Positions 17,016 to 28,264 of a stretch of 46,327 nucleotides of DNA are shown here, piece by piece. Made by a program: the position numbers and the translations under genes. Positions within the stretch are counted from its first letter, which is position 1. The number at the start of each line of letters is the position of its first letter. The stretch covers positions 1 through 46,327 of the IMG/VR virus record IMGVR_UViG_3300020152_000031; one strand, 5' to 3'. This stretch comes from a virus. The notes beneath the pieces are model-generated. The model saw nothing but the letters and a program-made list of their open reading frames with translations, ran no database searches and had not been told where the DNA came from.

Positions 17016-18035
17016 ATGGCTTACATCAACCCATCGGTCGCAACTCAGCTCTCGACGCTCACTCAGACTGAGTTCACCAACCTTGTGCGTACTGCGTGGA
17101 TGGACCCGGGCAACCGTGTTCCTGCGCGCGCACGCCGCCTCTTCCGCCTTGACCCTGTAGGTCTCAACAACGGTACCGAGCGCCTTTACGGCGAGTTCGA
17201 TACCGAGACCTTCGCCAAGCGTAAGGTAGAGGGTGCGAACGTGCAGAAGGCGCGTGTCGGTACTGGTTACTCCAAGCTCGCCAAGCTCAAGCGCTACGGC
17301 CTTGAAATTGACATCACGCTTGAGATGCGCCAGTTCAACAAGTACCCAGAAGTTATCCGTGAGCTTACGTCTCTCGCTGGCTTCGGTACTCAGCGTCAGG
17401 AGCTCGACCTTACCCATCGCTTCACGTTTGCAGGCGCAACCTCATACGTGAACATGGACGGCGAGACCGTGGATATTTCCACGGGTGACGGTCTTTCACT
17501 CGTCAACTCCGCCCACACCCTTGCTAACAGCTCCGTAACCTACTCGAACGCGGTCTCAGGTAACCCTGTGTTCTCTGCAACCGCCCTTGAAGCTGCACAG
17601 CTCCTTGGTGCTTCGAGCATCTACTCGGACTTTGGTGAGAAGCGCGTCTTTACTTGGAACTACCTCGTCACTTCGGACTACCCTACGGTAACCAACGAAG
17701 TAGCGCGCCAGCTCCAGTCAACCGCGCAGGTGTCTGCTGCCAACGCAGCCGTTGTCAACGTGTTCAACGCGCTCTACACCCACATCGCGCTTCCGTACCT
17801 TGCTACGACCGCGACGGGTGCATACGATTCAGCGAAGAAGAACTACTGGTTCCTCGTTTCCGAGAACTGGTCTGGTTACCTCGCTGAGTGGGAGCCTGAG
17901 AACCTCGTTACTCCGGCTGAGGGCAACAACCTTGTTGACCGTCACTCTGACGTGTGGACCTACGGCGTGCGCATCGGTTACGACATCGCTGTCGTCTCTG
18001 GTCGCGGCGTCATCGGCTCCCTCAACGCTACCTAG
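17016..18035 (+). CDS. major capsid protein (putative HK97-fold)
   Basis: 339 aa. The call rests on position after the scaffold and decoration genes and on size. No other candidate lies in the head module. Confidence 0.65.
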   Translation: MAYINPSVATQLSTLTQTEFTNLVRTAWMDPGNRVPARARRLFRLDPVGLNNGTERLYGEFDTETFAKRKVEGANVQKARVGTGYSKLAKLKRYGLEIDITLEMRQFNKYPEVIRELTSLAGFGTQRQELDLTHRFTFAGATSYVNMDGETVDISTGDGLSLVNSAHTLANSSVTYSNAVSGNPVFSATALEAAQLLGASSIYSDFGEKRVFTWNYLVTSDYPTVTNEVARQLQSTAQVSAANAAVVNVFNALYTHIALPYLATTATGAYDSAKKNYWFLVSENWSGYLAEWEPENLVTPAEGNNLVDRHSDVWTYGVRIGYDIAVVSGRGVIGSLNAT

Positions 18036-18084
18036 TCGTAGCCTGTGCTTGGAGCTCTCTACGGAGGGCTCCGGTACACAGCCT

Positions 18085-18492
18085 ATGAACTCACCAGGAA
18101 GCCAAATCATCTTCTCAGGCATCACCGGCCCCGAAACCTCGGAGACCTTCACCGTCGACAACGACGAGAGCATCCTTCTCATGGTCACGACGGGCGCAGG
18201 AACGCCAACGAGCCAGTACCTCTATGTGTACGGCTCTATCGGCATACCTGGCAACGAGGGACAGCCTATTGACCCGGACAACGCGAACAGCCCAACGAAC
18301 CCGTACACAGCGCTCATGGTGCGCGACCTCAACGACTTAGATGCTCTTGTGGGCACGGACGGTATCCCGGTCGTCGCAAACACCACCAAGCTCTATGAAA
18401 TCAACGTCAACGCGGTGCGTGACGTGCATTTCAAGATGGTGGGCAGTGCTGTACCGGTAACGGCCGTACTCCGTTCGTACCGTAGGCGCTAA
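18085..18492 (+). CDS. hypothetical virion protein
   Basis: The listed ORF 17752..18492 was trimmed to the ATG downstream of the capsid stop (MNSPGSQIIFSG...). Confidence 0.5.
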   Translation: MNSPGSQIIFSGITGPETSETFTVDNDESILLMVTTGAGTPTSQYLYVYGSIGIPGNEGQPIDPDNANSPTNPYTALMVRDLNDLDALVGTDGIPVVANTTKLYEINVNAVRDVHFKMVGSAVPVTAVLRSYRRR

Positions 18493-18528
18493 ACCACGGA
18501 TTTTTTATTCACTCGTATACTAAAACGT

Positions 18529-19344
18529 ATGGCACAGGACCCAAAAAAGGAGCTCGAGGATGCTATCGCCAAGCGCGATGAGGCTCTTGAACTCGCTCGT
18601 CAGAAGGAAGAGGAGGCGCAGAGGCTCGACAAAGAGAACGATGACCGTCGTGAGCATGGTCGCGAGCTCGAAGCGTCCAACTCTTCTCTTGAGACCACCA
18701 ACGCACAGCTTGTGCGTGACAACACAGAGCTTACCGCTAAGCGTTCAGACCTTGAGAGCGACCTAGCAGACCTAAACAGCGAAATTGCAGAGCTCGAAGC
18801 AGAGCGTGATGAGACCCAGCGTGAGCGGGACGAGCAGCGCACCCGTTTTGAGGATGAGAAGGCATCGTTTGAGGCCGATACACGAGCCGTAGAGGCGTCT
18901 TACGCGGCACGTAAGGCAGAGATAGAGAATGACCTCGAACGCCTCACCAACGAGCGCACAGCGGCTCAGAAGGACCTTGCGTTCAAGCAGGGAGAGGCTG
19001 CACGCATCGAAGAGGCTAATCGTGACGCTGAAAAGCGCCATGCAGACATCCTCAAGCAGACATCTACGCTTGAATCCACCATCTCGAGCCTTCAGACCGA
19101 CGAGGCAGAGGCACGTGCTGCGCTGGAGAGCGCTAACAACGAGCTCGAAGAGCGTCGCAACGAGCTTGATGCACTCAAGCAGGAGACCATTGACGCTCGT
19201 ACTGAGCGTGATGAGGCTATTCGGGAGCGTGATGCCCGCAAGAGCGAGGTATTTGCCCTCACTGACCGTTCTCGTGAGCTGGACCAGCGTGAGACCGTGC
19301 TCAAGCAGCGGTACACCGAGGCTGGTCTCGAATATCCCGGCTAA
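18529..19344 (+). CDS. long coiled-coil protein rich in E/R/D/A
   Basis: 271 aa with near-continuous heptad-like charged sequence. TATACT-N7-ATG lies upstream. Confidence 0.6.
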   Translation: MAQDPKKELEDAIAKRDEALELARQKEEEAQRLDKENDDRREHGRELEASNSSLETTNAQLVRDNTELTAKRSDLESDLADLNSEIAELEAERDETQRERDEQRTRFEDEKASFEADTRAVEASYAARKAEIENDLERLTNERTAAQKDLAFKQGEAARIEEANRDAEKRHADILKQTSTLESTISSLQTDEAEARAALESANNELEERRNELDALKQETIDARTERDEAIRERDARKSEVFALTDRSRELDQRETVLKQRYTEAGLEYPG

Positions 19345-19363
19345 CAGGGGTATCTAACCCCTT

Positions 19364-22300
19364 ATGCGCCGGGACACCCTCTGGATACTGCGAAACGGGG
19401 CCCTCGTACCCGTCATCGACGCACCCATTCTTCTACCTGAAGGCCAGTACATTGGCTTTGGGGGTGTTTCTGGCGATTCTGGCTACGGATTCCGCGATAA
19501 CGGGGGTGTTCTCCAGTTCAAAGATGAGGGTGGTACTTGGGAGGACTTCGGCACAGGTAGCGGCGCTGCTGAGTGGGGTCTCATTACGGGCACACTCTCT
19601 GACCAGACTGACCTCCAGAACGCTCTTGACGCGAAGCAGGATACGTCTGAGAAGGGTGCAGCCAACGGATACGCTCCTCTTGACGCTTCTACGCTCATTC
19701 CGAGCGCGTATCTCCCTCCACTTGCCATTACCGAGTACCTCGGCAACTTTGCTGACCTCACTGCTGCACTTGCCAACGCAGGTGTGCAGGCATCTCAGCG
19801 CGGCGACTGGTTCACCACCACATCTGATGGTAGCTACGTCGTCGTCGTAGATAACCCGACGATTCCCGCAGACGTCACTCAGATTACGACCCCGGGTGGA
19901 GGCGTTACCTCGGTAAACGGACAGACAGGCGTTGTGTCACTCGACGCTGCCGACGTGGGCGCTGAAGTGCCGCTGACGTTCTCTACGGGCCTTACTCGTG
20001 CAACGAACACCATCACGGCGAACCTTTCAACCGGTGTACCGGGTGGTCAGACCATGTATGGCGGTACCGCAGCGAACGATGACCTCACGATTCATGGCAC
20101 CAGCCACGCTACCAAGACCTCAAGCTACATTCTCCTCAACCCTTCAGGCGGTCACGTTGGCGTGGGCACATCAGCTCCGGTCAATATGTTCGTCGTGGGA
20201 GGCCAGCAGACCGGTAACGCTGGTCTGGAAGTGGTGCCGACTTCATCACTCCTCGTACAGTCCTACAACCGAAACACAAGTGCATACGCAGCCCTGGTAT
20301 TTGATGCTTCCACGTTCTCTTTCCGTCCGGGAGGTACTCAGGCCATGCACATCACTGCCAGCCAGGAGGTGGTCGTGGGTTCGACTACGTCGGGCATCGC
20401 GAGGTTCGCAGTGTCGGGTACGTACACAACTGCAAATGGTAGTTCAGTGCTTCTTGGTGTGACGCTCAACTCGTCGGTGACCTCATCGCAGTACGGCATA
20501 CAGAACGCGATGAACTTTGGTCCGACAGGTGCATCGCTCGGAAACCTCTACGGTCAGTACGTGAACCCTTCTCTTACGGCAGGCTCAACCCCTGTTACCT
20601 CATTCTTTGGACAGCGTTTGTCCATTGAGACAGGAGCGAGTTATACCGGCCAAGTAGCAACCGGATACGCTCTCCGTATAGATGGTCCTACCATCGCAGG
20701 AACGCTCCCGATGACCAACTACTACGGTACCTACCTTGTCGGTGGCACCAATGGTACCGGCATTACCTCAGGTACCATCATCAACTACGGCCAGCGCATC
20801 GTCTCAGCTACGGCCGCGCCTGGTTTGGGAGGCACCATAACCAACTATGGTCTTGCGGTGAACGTGCCTACGGGCTCAGGAGACGGGACTACCACCAACT
20901 ACGCGCTCCACATCTCAGGCGTAGGAGGTACTGCCGGTGCTGGAACGACCACAAACTACTCGCTCTACAACAACTCGACAGCCGTTAGCTACTTCTCAGC
21001 AAACGTAGGCTTCGGTGGTCTCAGCGCGCCTCTCGCTTCGATAGACGCCATGAGCTCAACTGGTGGCAACATCGCCATCAGCTCGAGTGACACATCCATC
21101 GCAAGTGCCGATACGCTCGGTACACTCGGCTTCTATACCCGCGACACGACTGTTACATCGCAGCAGATGGCCGCAAGCATCAAGGCAGTCGCTGCTGCTA
21201 TCTACTCTACTGATGCCGCTCCGGCACACTTGGTGTTCAGTACGCAGGATACGACCCTTGCAACCGCAGCAGCAGAGCGCATGCGCATTACCTCAACGGG
21301 TAACGTGGGTATCGGCACAACGAACCCAGTGTACAAATTGCAAATCGGTGACGGTACTGCCGTTGCTTCTGCATACTCGCGCGGTACGCACGCTTACTTT
21401 GGTCTTGACCGCTCCTCGAGCTCTAACACGGCGTACTTCAACTTCTCGACGAACGCACCAAGCGCACCTGATTTCCAGGTCGGCCTTCCCTCAGGCGCGG
21501 CAGTGTTCACTATTGGTAACAACAACTTCGCGACAAAGTTCGTCAGCGTCCTCACAACGGGAGAGGTCGGCGTAAATACGACAGCGCCGGACCGTCTCTT
21601 CCACGTTGAGGTGTCTGGTTCTGCGACAAATACCGTAGTATACGCAGCACGTTTCTCACACGTGTCGTCCAGTACGGTAGCTACGAACTTCGGTACTGGT
21701 ATTGAGTTTGAGCTCGAGAACGCTTCAGGCACCAACCGTGTGGCGTCCGCACAGGAGCTCACATGGTCAGATGCCACAAACGCTTCTGAGGATGCGACAT
21801 GGACGTTGAAACTCATGCGAGCGGGTACGCTCACGGAGGGACTTCGCCTGGCATCAACCGGCGCGCTCACTATCAACAACGCGTACACACTTCCAACAGC
21901 AGTCCCAGGTGCCAACGGTTACGTGCTCACTGGTAACACTGATGGTAGTACCTCATGGGCAGCAGCCAGTGGCGGCGGCAGTGGGTCTGCGACGTCCCGT
22001 AGTATCACCCAGGCTGCGCACGGTCTTGCAGTTGGAGAACTCGTACGTCTCTCAGCAGCAGATACGTATACAAAGGCACAAGCAGACAGTGCTGCTAATG
22101 CTGAAGTTGTTGGTATCGTCTCTGCGGTTGCGGATGCCAACACCTTCACCCTTACGACTGGCGGCTATGTAAGCGGTCTCTCTGGCCTTACCGCAAACAC
22201 GGTCTACTTCCTCTCGCCTTCCTCAGCGGGAGCGATGACTGCTACCGAGCCAACCACAACTGGTCAGGTCTCTAAGCCGGTCTTCGTCGCTTCGTCTACG

Positions 22301-22750
22301 ACTGCCGGTTACTTCGTCAACATGCGCGGCGAACTGCTTGCGGCATCAGTTACGAATCCTTCAGTGCGTGTCTACCAGACTGCGTCCACATCTGTGACGA
22401 CCTCGTGGGACGCGCTCAGCTTCGGAGCGGAGAACTTCGACACGGATACGATGCACGACAACGCGACCAACAACTCGCGCATCACGTTTACGACTGCTGG
22501 TAAGTACCAGGTTGGAGGGGGTTGGCGCGGTAACACAAACAATGTCGTCGGCGTTCGCATCCGCTTGAACGGTTCCACTATCCTTGCCACCCAGAAGCAG
22601 GGAAACTCTGGCAACCCTGAGCACGTGAATGTCAGTACCATATACCAGTTTGCTGCTGGAGATTATGTCGAGCTCCAGGGCTACTCGGGCACCACGATGA
22701 ACAGCACCGGCGACGCGGACTGTACGTTCTGGGCATATAAAATTGACTAA
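19364..22750 (+). CDS. tail fibre / receptor-binding protein
   Basis: 1128 aa, rich in G/T/S/A. It contains the KGAANGYAPLDASTLIPSAYLP motif common in phage fibres. Confidence 0.7.
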   Translation: MRRDTLWILRNGALVPVIDAPILLPEGQYIGFGGVSGDSGYGFRDNGGVLQFKDEGGTWEDFGTGSGAAEWGLITGTLSDQTDLQNALDAKQDTSEKGAANGYAPLDASTLIPSAYLPPLAITEYLGNFADLTAALANAGVQASQRGDWFTTTSDGSYVVVVDNPTIPADVTQITTPGGGVTSVNGQTGVVSLDAADVGAEVPLTFSTGLTRATNTITANLSTGVPGGQTMYGGTAANDDLTIHGTSHATKTSSYILLNPSGGHVGVGTSAPVNMFVVGGQQTGNAGLEVVPTSSLLVQSYNRNTSAYAALVFDASTFSFRPGGTQAMHITASQEVVVGSTTSGIARFAVSGTYTTANGSSVLLGVTLNSSVTSSQYGIQNAMNFGPTGASLGNLYGQYVNPSLTAGSTPVTSFFGQRLSIETGASYTGQVATGYALRIDGPTIAGTLPMTNYYGTYLVGGTNGTGITSGTIINYGQRIVSATAAPGLGGTITNYGLAVNVPTGSGDGTTTNYALHISGVGGTAGAGTTTNYSLYNNSTAVSYFSANVGFGGLSAPLASIDAMSSTGGNIAISSSDTSIASADTLGTLGFYTRDTTVTSQQMAASIKAVAAAIYSTDAAPAHLVFSTQDTTLATAAAERMRITSTGNVGIGTTNPVYKLQIGDGTAVASAYSRGTHAYFGLDRSSSSNTAYFNFSTNAPSAPDFQVGLPSGAAVFTIGNNNFATKFVSVLTTGEVGVNTTAPDRLFHVEVSGSATNTVVYAARFSHVSSSTVATNFGTGIEFELENASGTNRVASAQELTWSDATNASEDATWTLKLMRAGTLTEGLRLASTGALTINNAYTLPTAVPGANGYVLTGNTDGSTSWAAASGGGSGSATSRSITQAAHGLAVGELVRLSAADTYTKAQADSAANAEVVGIVSAVADANTFTLTTGGYVSGLSGLTANTVYFLSPSSAGAMTATEPTTTGQVSKPVFVASSTTAGYFVNMRGELLAASVTNPSVRVYQTASTSVTTSWDALSFGAENFDTDTMHDNATNNSRITFTTAGKYQVGGGWRGNTNNVVGVRIRLNGSTILATQKQGNSGNPEHVNVSTIYQFAAGDYVELQGYSGTTMNSTGDADCTFWAYKID

Positions 22751-22753
22751 CCT

Positions 22754-23752
22754 ATGGCAAACTCAGCTTTTCAGAAACAGAACATCAGCACTCCAGTCTC
22801 CGTAGCAAACGGTGGTACCGGAGCATCTACTGCCGCCGCCGCTCGAGCTAATCTCGGCATAACCTCCACAGGTCCGGTCGTGCGTGTGTACACCGTACCC
22901 GCACCAGCATGGTACGGAGATTCGACGACACGTATCGACATCACCAACACAGGTGGCAGCACCTGGCGCTATACGTGGGACGGAACCGGAACCAACCCGA
23001 ACATAAACACAACCAACTTCCCCGTTGGGGCATCTGTGTATATAGCTGGTTACTTCATGAATCCAGCCAACAAAGGCGTGTACCTCATCACTGGTTCTGG
23101 CACGAACTATTTTGAGGTGACTAACGCCAGTGGTACGTCGGACCTCGACCAGCTCCTTGGAGGGGCCAACACTCTTGGTGTCTACGCCAGCCAGACTTGG
23201 ACTAAACCAGCGGACTTGAAGCACGTGGAAGTTGTGTTGGTTGGTGGTGGCGGCGGCTCAAACGGTTCGACATCGAGTTCTTCGTATGGTGGAGGTGGTA
23301 GCGGTGCAGGTGGGGCGCGAAAAGTCATCCTTGCAGCGGCACTAGGAGCTACGGAGACCGTTATACCTGGCCCTGGTGGACCAGGTGATAAACGTGGAAC
23401 CGGTACCACTGGAGGTCGCGGAGGCCCGAGCTCATTTGGTAGTCATCTGAGCGCGACTGGAGGACTTGGTGGAGGAACCTCTACCATTGTCCTAGGTGGT
23501 ACTGCAACTGGCGGCGACATAAATGTGCCTGGCGGTTACGGTATTGACGGTGGCGCAGATACCTCAGACACACGTGGATGGGGAGGGGATGCACCGTTTG
23601 GACTTGGTTTTGGTGGTCGGTCTTCTGGCAGTACGTATCAGTCCTCGACTGGTTATGGTGCTGGCGCACAAGGAACGCGTAGCTCTGGAGGCTCTGACAC
23701 ACCCGGAAATGACGGCCAGCCTGGTGTTGTTCAGGTGACTGAGTACTATTAG
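22754..23752 (+). CDS. tail fibre protein with a Gly-rich C-terminal domain
   Basis: The N-terminal VANGGTGASTAAAARANLGI is a fibre motif. The C-terminal WTKPADLKHVEVVLVGGGGGS...GGGGSGAGGARKV block is paralogous to 29264-30073. Confidence 0.7.
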   Translation: MANSAFQKQNISTPVSVANGGTGASTAAAARANLGITSTGPVVRVYTVPAPAWYGDSTTRIDITNTGGSTWRYTWDGTGTNPNINTTNFPVGASVYIAGYFMNPANKGVYLITGSGTNYFEVTNASGTSDLDQLLGGANTLGVYASQTWTKPADLKHVEVVLVGGGGGSNGSTSSSSYGGGGSGAGGARKVILAAALGATETVIPGPGGPGDKRGTGTTGGRGGPSSFGSHLSATGGLGGGTSTIVLGGTATGGDINVPGGYGIDGGADTSDTRGWGGDAPFGLGFGGRSSGSTYQSSTGYGAGAQGTRSSGGSDTPGNDGQPGVVQVTEYY

Positions 23753-23755
23753 GTT

Positions 23756-24217
23756 ATGAAAACCATCATCCACAACCTAAAGAGCGTGCTATGGAAATGC
23801 GATATGACGACCGTGGAGTTCGCGGTCGCTACGTATTCCATCTTGAGCGGTCTCTGGTTCCTCAACCCACTTGCTAACACGTTCCGTCTTGCTAACGCGA
23901 ACGTGTACGAGTACATCGGTCAGTTGATGGCAGAACCCGTATGGGGAGCTCTGCTCTTGGGTGTGGGCTGTGTTTCCATGACAGTGGTTTTTTCTGAGCA
24001 CTTGGCTATCAAAAAGATAGTCTCGATGGCTGGGGTCTTCTTCTGGGTATGGGTTTCTGTCATGTTTGCGTCGGCATTTGTTTGGTCGTGGCTTTTCCTG
24101 AACTCTGTTTTTCTCGTTATCATATATGTGTGGATTCATCTCCGCGTTGCTCGCCGTTCGCGTGTTCGTGAGCAAGTAAAAGACGAGGTTCGGGAAATCA
24201 CTCGTCCAAGCCCATGA
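23756..24217 (+). CDS. multi-pass membrane protein
   Basis: 153 aa with about 4 hydrophobic segments. Confidence 0.55.
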   Translation: MKTIIHNLKSVLWKCDMTTVEFAVATYSILSGLWFLNPLANTFRLANANVYEYIGQLMAEPVWGALLLGVGCVSMTVVFSEHLAIKKIVSMAGVFFWVWVSVMFASAFVWSWLFLNSVFLVIIYVWIHLRVARRSRVREQVKDEVREITRPSP

Positions 24218-24651
24218 ATGAAGCCGTCCTAATTGCAGTCATCTCGGGAGCAGTCTCTGTCGTTACCATTTTTGGTGTAAAGGTATGGGACGGTGTCATC
24301 AAGAAGCAAGAGGAACGGTCAAAAATGCACGGTAAGGAGTTCGATGACGGCGTAGAACGTCGCAAAGAGCTTATCCGGGAAATCGACCGTCTCAACACTG
24401 TTATTGCCGCCAAAGACGAGCACATCTTGCGCATGCAGGAGGCACTCGATAAGGCGCGCGACACCATCGCAGAGTGGGCCATTCGGTATACAAAGCTCGA
24501 AGGCCAGTACCTAAACGCCATGGAGGACCTCCAGAAGATTACCGGTGCCGTCTCTGAAGTGAAGCACAAAGTAATCAACCAGAACGCCGCTCAGCAGGCG
24601 ACTGTTGAGGCTGCCCTGATGGAAAAGCACGAAAATCCCTCAACGGGATAG
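24214..24651 (+). CDS. N-terminally anchored coiled-coil protein
   Basis: 145 aa. The TM segment AVLIAVISGAVSVVTIFGV is followed by charged helical sequence. It has an ATGA overlap with the upstream gene. Confidence 0.55.
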   Translation: MNEAVLIAVISGAVSVVTIFGVKVWDGVIKKQEERSKMHGKEFDDGVERRKELIREIDRLNTVIAAKDEHILRMQEALDKARDTIAEWAIRYTKLEGQYLNAMEDLQKITGAVSEVKHKVINQNAAQQATVEAALMEKHENPSTG

Positions 24652-24660
24652 AATAAGGCT

Positions 24661-25827
24661 ATGCAGATACCGCTCTCCCAGGTACGTAACTCGCTACTCT
24701 CCAAGGTCGGTGGCCGCGCTCAGGCCAACATCCCGAACTTCTACGCGCTCCTCCAGGAGACGGTGTGGACGATGATGCAGCGTGTCGATTTGCCTTCAGC
24801 CATCCGCGTGGAGCCATTCATCGCGCCTCTCTACACCAACTCAAACTGGTTGGTGCTTCCTGACGACTTCTCTTTGGACGGTCTCGTGGCGATTCGCCCG
24901 CAGGATTACAGCGAGCAGACTGAGTACAACTCATTCATTGGTACCAACCAGTACAACATCGAGCAGTTCCTCTACACCTCGACCATTTCCATAAAGAATG
25001 GCGTGCAGTTCCTACAGACCCAGCTCACGCTCCCAACCCCTATAGTCGTCAACTCATGCGACGACCAGGATAACGGCACGTGGTCCGCTGTTGGTCAGAC
25101 CGATAACGTACGCATCGACACGCAGACGTTCATGGAGGGTTACGGCTCTGTTGCCTTTGACGCACAGGCGGGCTCTTCAAACGGTGTGCAGAACCTTTCA
25201 ATGACCGCTGTGGACGTGTCTGATGCGGATAACATCCTCATCTGGCTTGATTCTCCAATTGCCGTTGACAGTGTACGCCTCACCATAGGCTCTTCGACTG
25301 CTGACTACTACTACCAGGACATCTCGACCACGTACTTCTACCAGGACATCTCCGCAGGCTTCAACCTACTCTCGATGGACCTCTCAAGTGCCAGCTCTGC
25401 GGGCTCGCCAGACCTCGCAAACATCATCTACGTAAAGCTCGAGATTCTGGATACCCTTACGAGCGAGTACACATTCCGCCTCGATAGCGTGCTTGGTATG
25501 GGTGATGAGTTCATCAACCTGGAGTACTACAGCACGAGCCTCTTCCTCGACAACGCCGGTCACCGTATCAACATCCCGACTGCGGACACTGATTACTTGG
25601 TCATGACGCCGAGGGAATACATACTCTTCCTGCGTCAGTTCTCGGAAATCGCAAACGTCGACGTGCGCCCCGCTGGAGCCGCAGCAGCACTTGGCACATA
25701 CGGCGGTACGCGTCTTGATGCGCTCTATGACCAGTTCGCAGCAGAGTTCCCTTCCCGCCGGTTGCTCAAGGCAGATAACTACGCGAGCGGTCGCTCGGGT
25801 ACGTACTTCTTCCCCGGCATGTACTAA
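24661..25827 (+). CDS. structural protein, tail/adaptor candidate
   Basis: 388-aa ORF in the tail module. The call rests on position only. Confidence 0.45.
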   Translation: MQIPLSQVRNSLLSKVGGRAQANIPNFYALLQETVWTMMQRVDLPSAIRVEPFIAPLYTNSNWLVLPDDFSLDGLVAIRPQDYSEQTEYNSFIGTNQYNIEQFLYTSTISIKNGVQFLQTQLTLPTPIVVNSCDDQDNGTWSAVGQTDNVRIDTQTFMEGYGSVAFDAQAGSSNGVQNLSMTAVDVSDADNILIWLDSPIAVDSVRLTIGSSTADYYYQDISTTYFYQDISAGFNLLSMDLSSASSAGSPDLANIIYVKLEILDTLTSEYTFRLDSVLGMGDEFINLEYYSTSLFLDNAGHRINIPTADTDYLVMTPREYILFLRQFSEIANVDVRPAGAAAALGTYGGTRLDALYDQFAAEFPSRRLLKADNYASGRSGTYFFPGMY

Positions 25828-25830
25828 TCC

Positions 25831-28245
25831 ATGGCTTCTGAATACCCCTTCCACATCCAAACCCAGCCAAGGGGCTACCAGGAGAAAGTAGCTCCCGACC
25901 TCGTCAACGAGACGTGGCTTTGCCGTGGTACCCAGAACATGCTTCTTGCACGTGACGGTACCGTACAGAGCCGTAAGGGCATGACCCCAAAAGGAACCGC
26001 AGGCGGTAGCGGCACTGCGGCTATTCGCTGGGCTGACACATGGCAGACCAACACGGGAGTTGAGCGCGCTATGCGTTCTCGTCACGATGAGTTCCAGTGC
26101 TATTACGACGACGACTGGATTACGATAAAGAGCGGCTTCGGTGCGCTTGTGCGCTTTGATGGTGCTCCATGGTGGGATAAGACCGAGGTGAAGGATAAGT
26201 ACATCTTCGTCAACGGCACGAACCAAATGTTCTCCTGGAACGGCGGTATCACTGAGGCCCTTTCGGGTACGGCGACCACTCTCACCAAGAAGTTCATTGT
26301 CGGCCCCACAACCGGCGTAAACACAGCCGTATTTGACGCGACTGCCAAGACCATCACGGCTTCCTGGGCAGATTTCGTTGCGGCTGGCTTTGAGGTCGGT
26401 GACACTATCGTCATCGCAGGCGGCGGTTCCACCAACGTGGGCACCTATACGCTCCAGTCAGTCACCACAACCGTACTTACGGTCATTCCAAGCGATACGC
26501 TCATCAACGAGACCAATACCGGTACCGTTGCAGCTCCTACTGCTACCGTATCCAACGCGGACGATGGCTCTCTCACAGCAAGTACCACGTACTACTACCG
26601 CGTGTCAGCGGTCGATGCTTTCGGGGGCGAGACCCTTGCTTCAACTGAGGTGAGCGCAGCCACAACGACCTCCCGACGCACGATGGAGGTGCAGTGGACC
26701 CAGGTTGCTGGCGCAGTGAAGTACAACGTCTATAGGTCAACCACCTCAGGCGTCTATACGACACCGTCCTTGATAGCGTCTCTTGGCGGTTTGTCCTTTA
26801 CGGACGACGGCTCTGCAAGTCTCCAGGCCGGTACCGTTCCGGGTGCCGCTTCTTCAGGCATGTACATCGCTGTTGACGGACGTGCCACGTGGAACAACGA
26901 GCGTTTCTCAACGCAAAGCATCCAGTTCACCATCAACGGCGGGTCTACGGTTTACACCGCTACGGGCGGCATAAACTCGCCTACTCTCACAGGAATCACG
27001 CCGAACCTGCCTGCTATTACGCCAGGAGACATCATCACGACGCCGATTATCCCGTATGGCCCTACCGGCGGTGACATTCCGAGCGTTGCTGAGTACGACA
27101 TCCTCGACGTCTCTAAAAACCAGGTATTGCTTGGTTCTACACAGCGTCGTGAGGTCTTCTTCTCCAAGCAGGATAACTTCAAGAGCTTTGCGTACACCAC
27201 GCCTGTGCGCGTTGCAGGTGATGGTGGTACGGTCACGCTCGACAACCGCGTGAAGTCTATCGACGTGTCCGATGAAGGTGCCATCCACGTTACTGCGGGC
27301 ATCAAGGACATCTACAAGATTACGCTCGAATCCACCACCTCAGGTGACACACCTGGTGAGGAGCTGAAGGTTGAGAAAATCAAGAACTCGACCGGTCAGG
27401 CTGCAAACAACCACCGCGCCGTTACGAACACCAAGAACGGCCTCGTGTACTACTCGACGCAGCCATCCATCGACTACCTTGCTCGTGTCGCACAAATCAC
27501 TACCCAGCAGGGCGTGCCGCTCTCAGACCCTATTAGCCAGATGCTCTTCCGTCTTGACGCCACGAACGTGGATAGCATCTACCACCAGGACGTCGCCTTC
27601 TTCCTGCTCCCAGCAGAAGGCATGCTCCTTATGTACGACATGGAGCGCGAGCTTTGGCAGCCGCCTCAGCTTGTCGCTGGCTCCTGCCTCTCGGTCGTTG
27701 AGAACGAGCTCACGATTCACTCCGCCGTAGAATCGACAAGCTACACCATGTTCAGGACGCTTCTTGATGACGGCGCACCTATCAACTTCGCTGCTGTTTT
27801 CAACTACCGCAACGGTGATACCCGCGCGGAGTACAAGACTGCGGATAAGTACTTCGTCGAGTTGCGCATGAATCAGGCCACTGAGGACGTCATCGCGACC
27901 GTAGACTTGGGCTATAACGGCGCAGTTTCGAGCCAGTCCGCAACATTCGGAGCTAATGACGGCCTTCCGTACACCGAACCGCCCGCTTCCTTCGGTGGTA
28001 CGGGTGTGAATCCGACCGGTTCAACGCCAACGGGCGGCTTTTACGCAGACGTCGACTATGACGATGAGCTCGGTGCCGTATCAAAATACCGTGGTGTTAT
28101 CGCACTCCCTGCGCTTGGCACGGAGTTCTTCGAGATGCGCTTCAGTATCACGTGCGACACCCCGGGTGCCTTCCTCCAGATTCTCTCTCACGGTGAGAAC
28201 ATGGTTATTGCGGACACCGTTATCTCAAATCTCATAAAGACATAA
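25831..28245 (+). CDS. large tail structural protein with an FN3-like insert
   Basis: 804 aa. STTYYYRVSAVDAFGGETLAS...MEVQWTQVAGAVKYNVYRSTTSGVYT matches the FN3-like pattern. Confidence 0.5.
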   Translation: MASEYPFHIQTQPRGYQEKVAPDLVNETWLCRGTQNMLLARDGTVQSRKGMTPKGTAGGSGTAAIRWADTWQTNTGVERAMRSRHDEFQCYYDDDWITIKSGFGALVRFDGAPWWDKTEVKDKYIFVNGTNQMFSWNGGITEALSGTATTLTKKFIVGPTTGVNTAVFDATAKTITASWADFVAAGFEVGDTIVIAGGGSTNVGTYTLQSVTTTVLTVIPSDTLINETNTGTVAAPTATVSNADDGSLTASTTYYYRVSAVDAFGGETLASTEVSAATTTSRRTMEVQWTQVAGAVKYNVYRSTTSGVYTTPSLIASLGGLSFTDDGSASLQAGTVPGAASSGMYIAVDGRATWNNERFSTQSIQFTINGGSTVYTATGGINSPTLTGITPNLPAITPGDIITTPIIPYGPTGGDIPSVAEYDILDVSKNQVLLGSTQRREVFFSKQDNFKSFAYTTPVRVAGDGGTVTLDNRVKSIDVSDEGAIHVTAGIKDIYKITLESTTSGDTPGEELKVEKIKNSTGQAANNHRAVTNTKNGLVYYSTQPSIDYLARVAQITTQQGVPLSDPISQMLFRLDATNVDSIYHQDVAFFLLPAEGMLLMYDMERELWQPPQLVAGSCLSVVENELTIHSAVESTSYTMFRTLLDDGAPINFAAVFNYRNGDTRAEYKTADKYFVELRMNQATEDVIATVDLGYNGAVSSQSATFGANDGLPYTEPPASFGGTGVNPTGSTPTGGFYADVDYDDELGAVSKYRGVIALPALGTEFFEMRFSITCDTPGAFLQILSHGENMVIADTVISNLIKT

Positions 28246-28264
28246 ACCCTATATACTTAGTTAT

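Noticed and set aside
18529-19344. The coiled-coil protein as an SMC/partition or chromosome-associated protein.
   Set aside because: No Walker motifs or hinge are present. The uniform charged heptad sequence inside the virion module is more consistent with a structural or assembly coiled coil.
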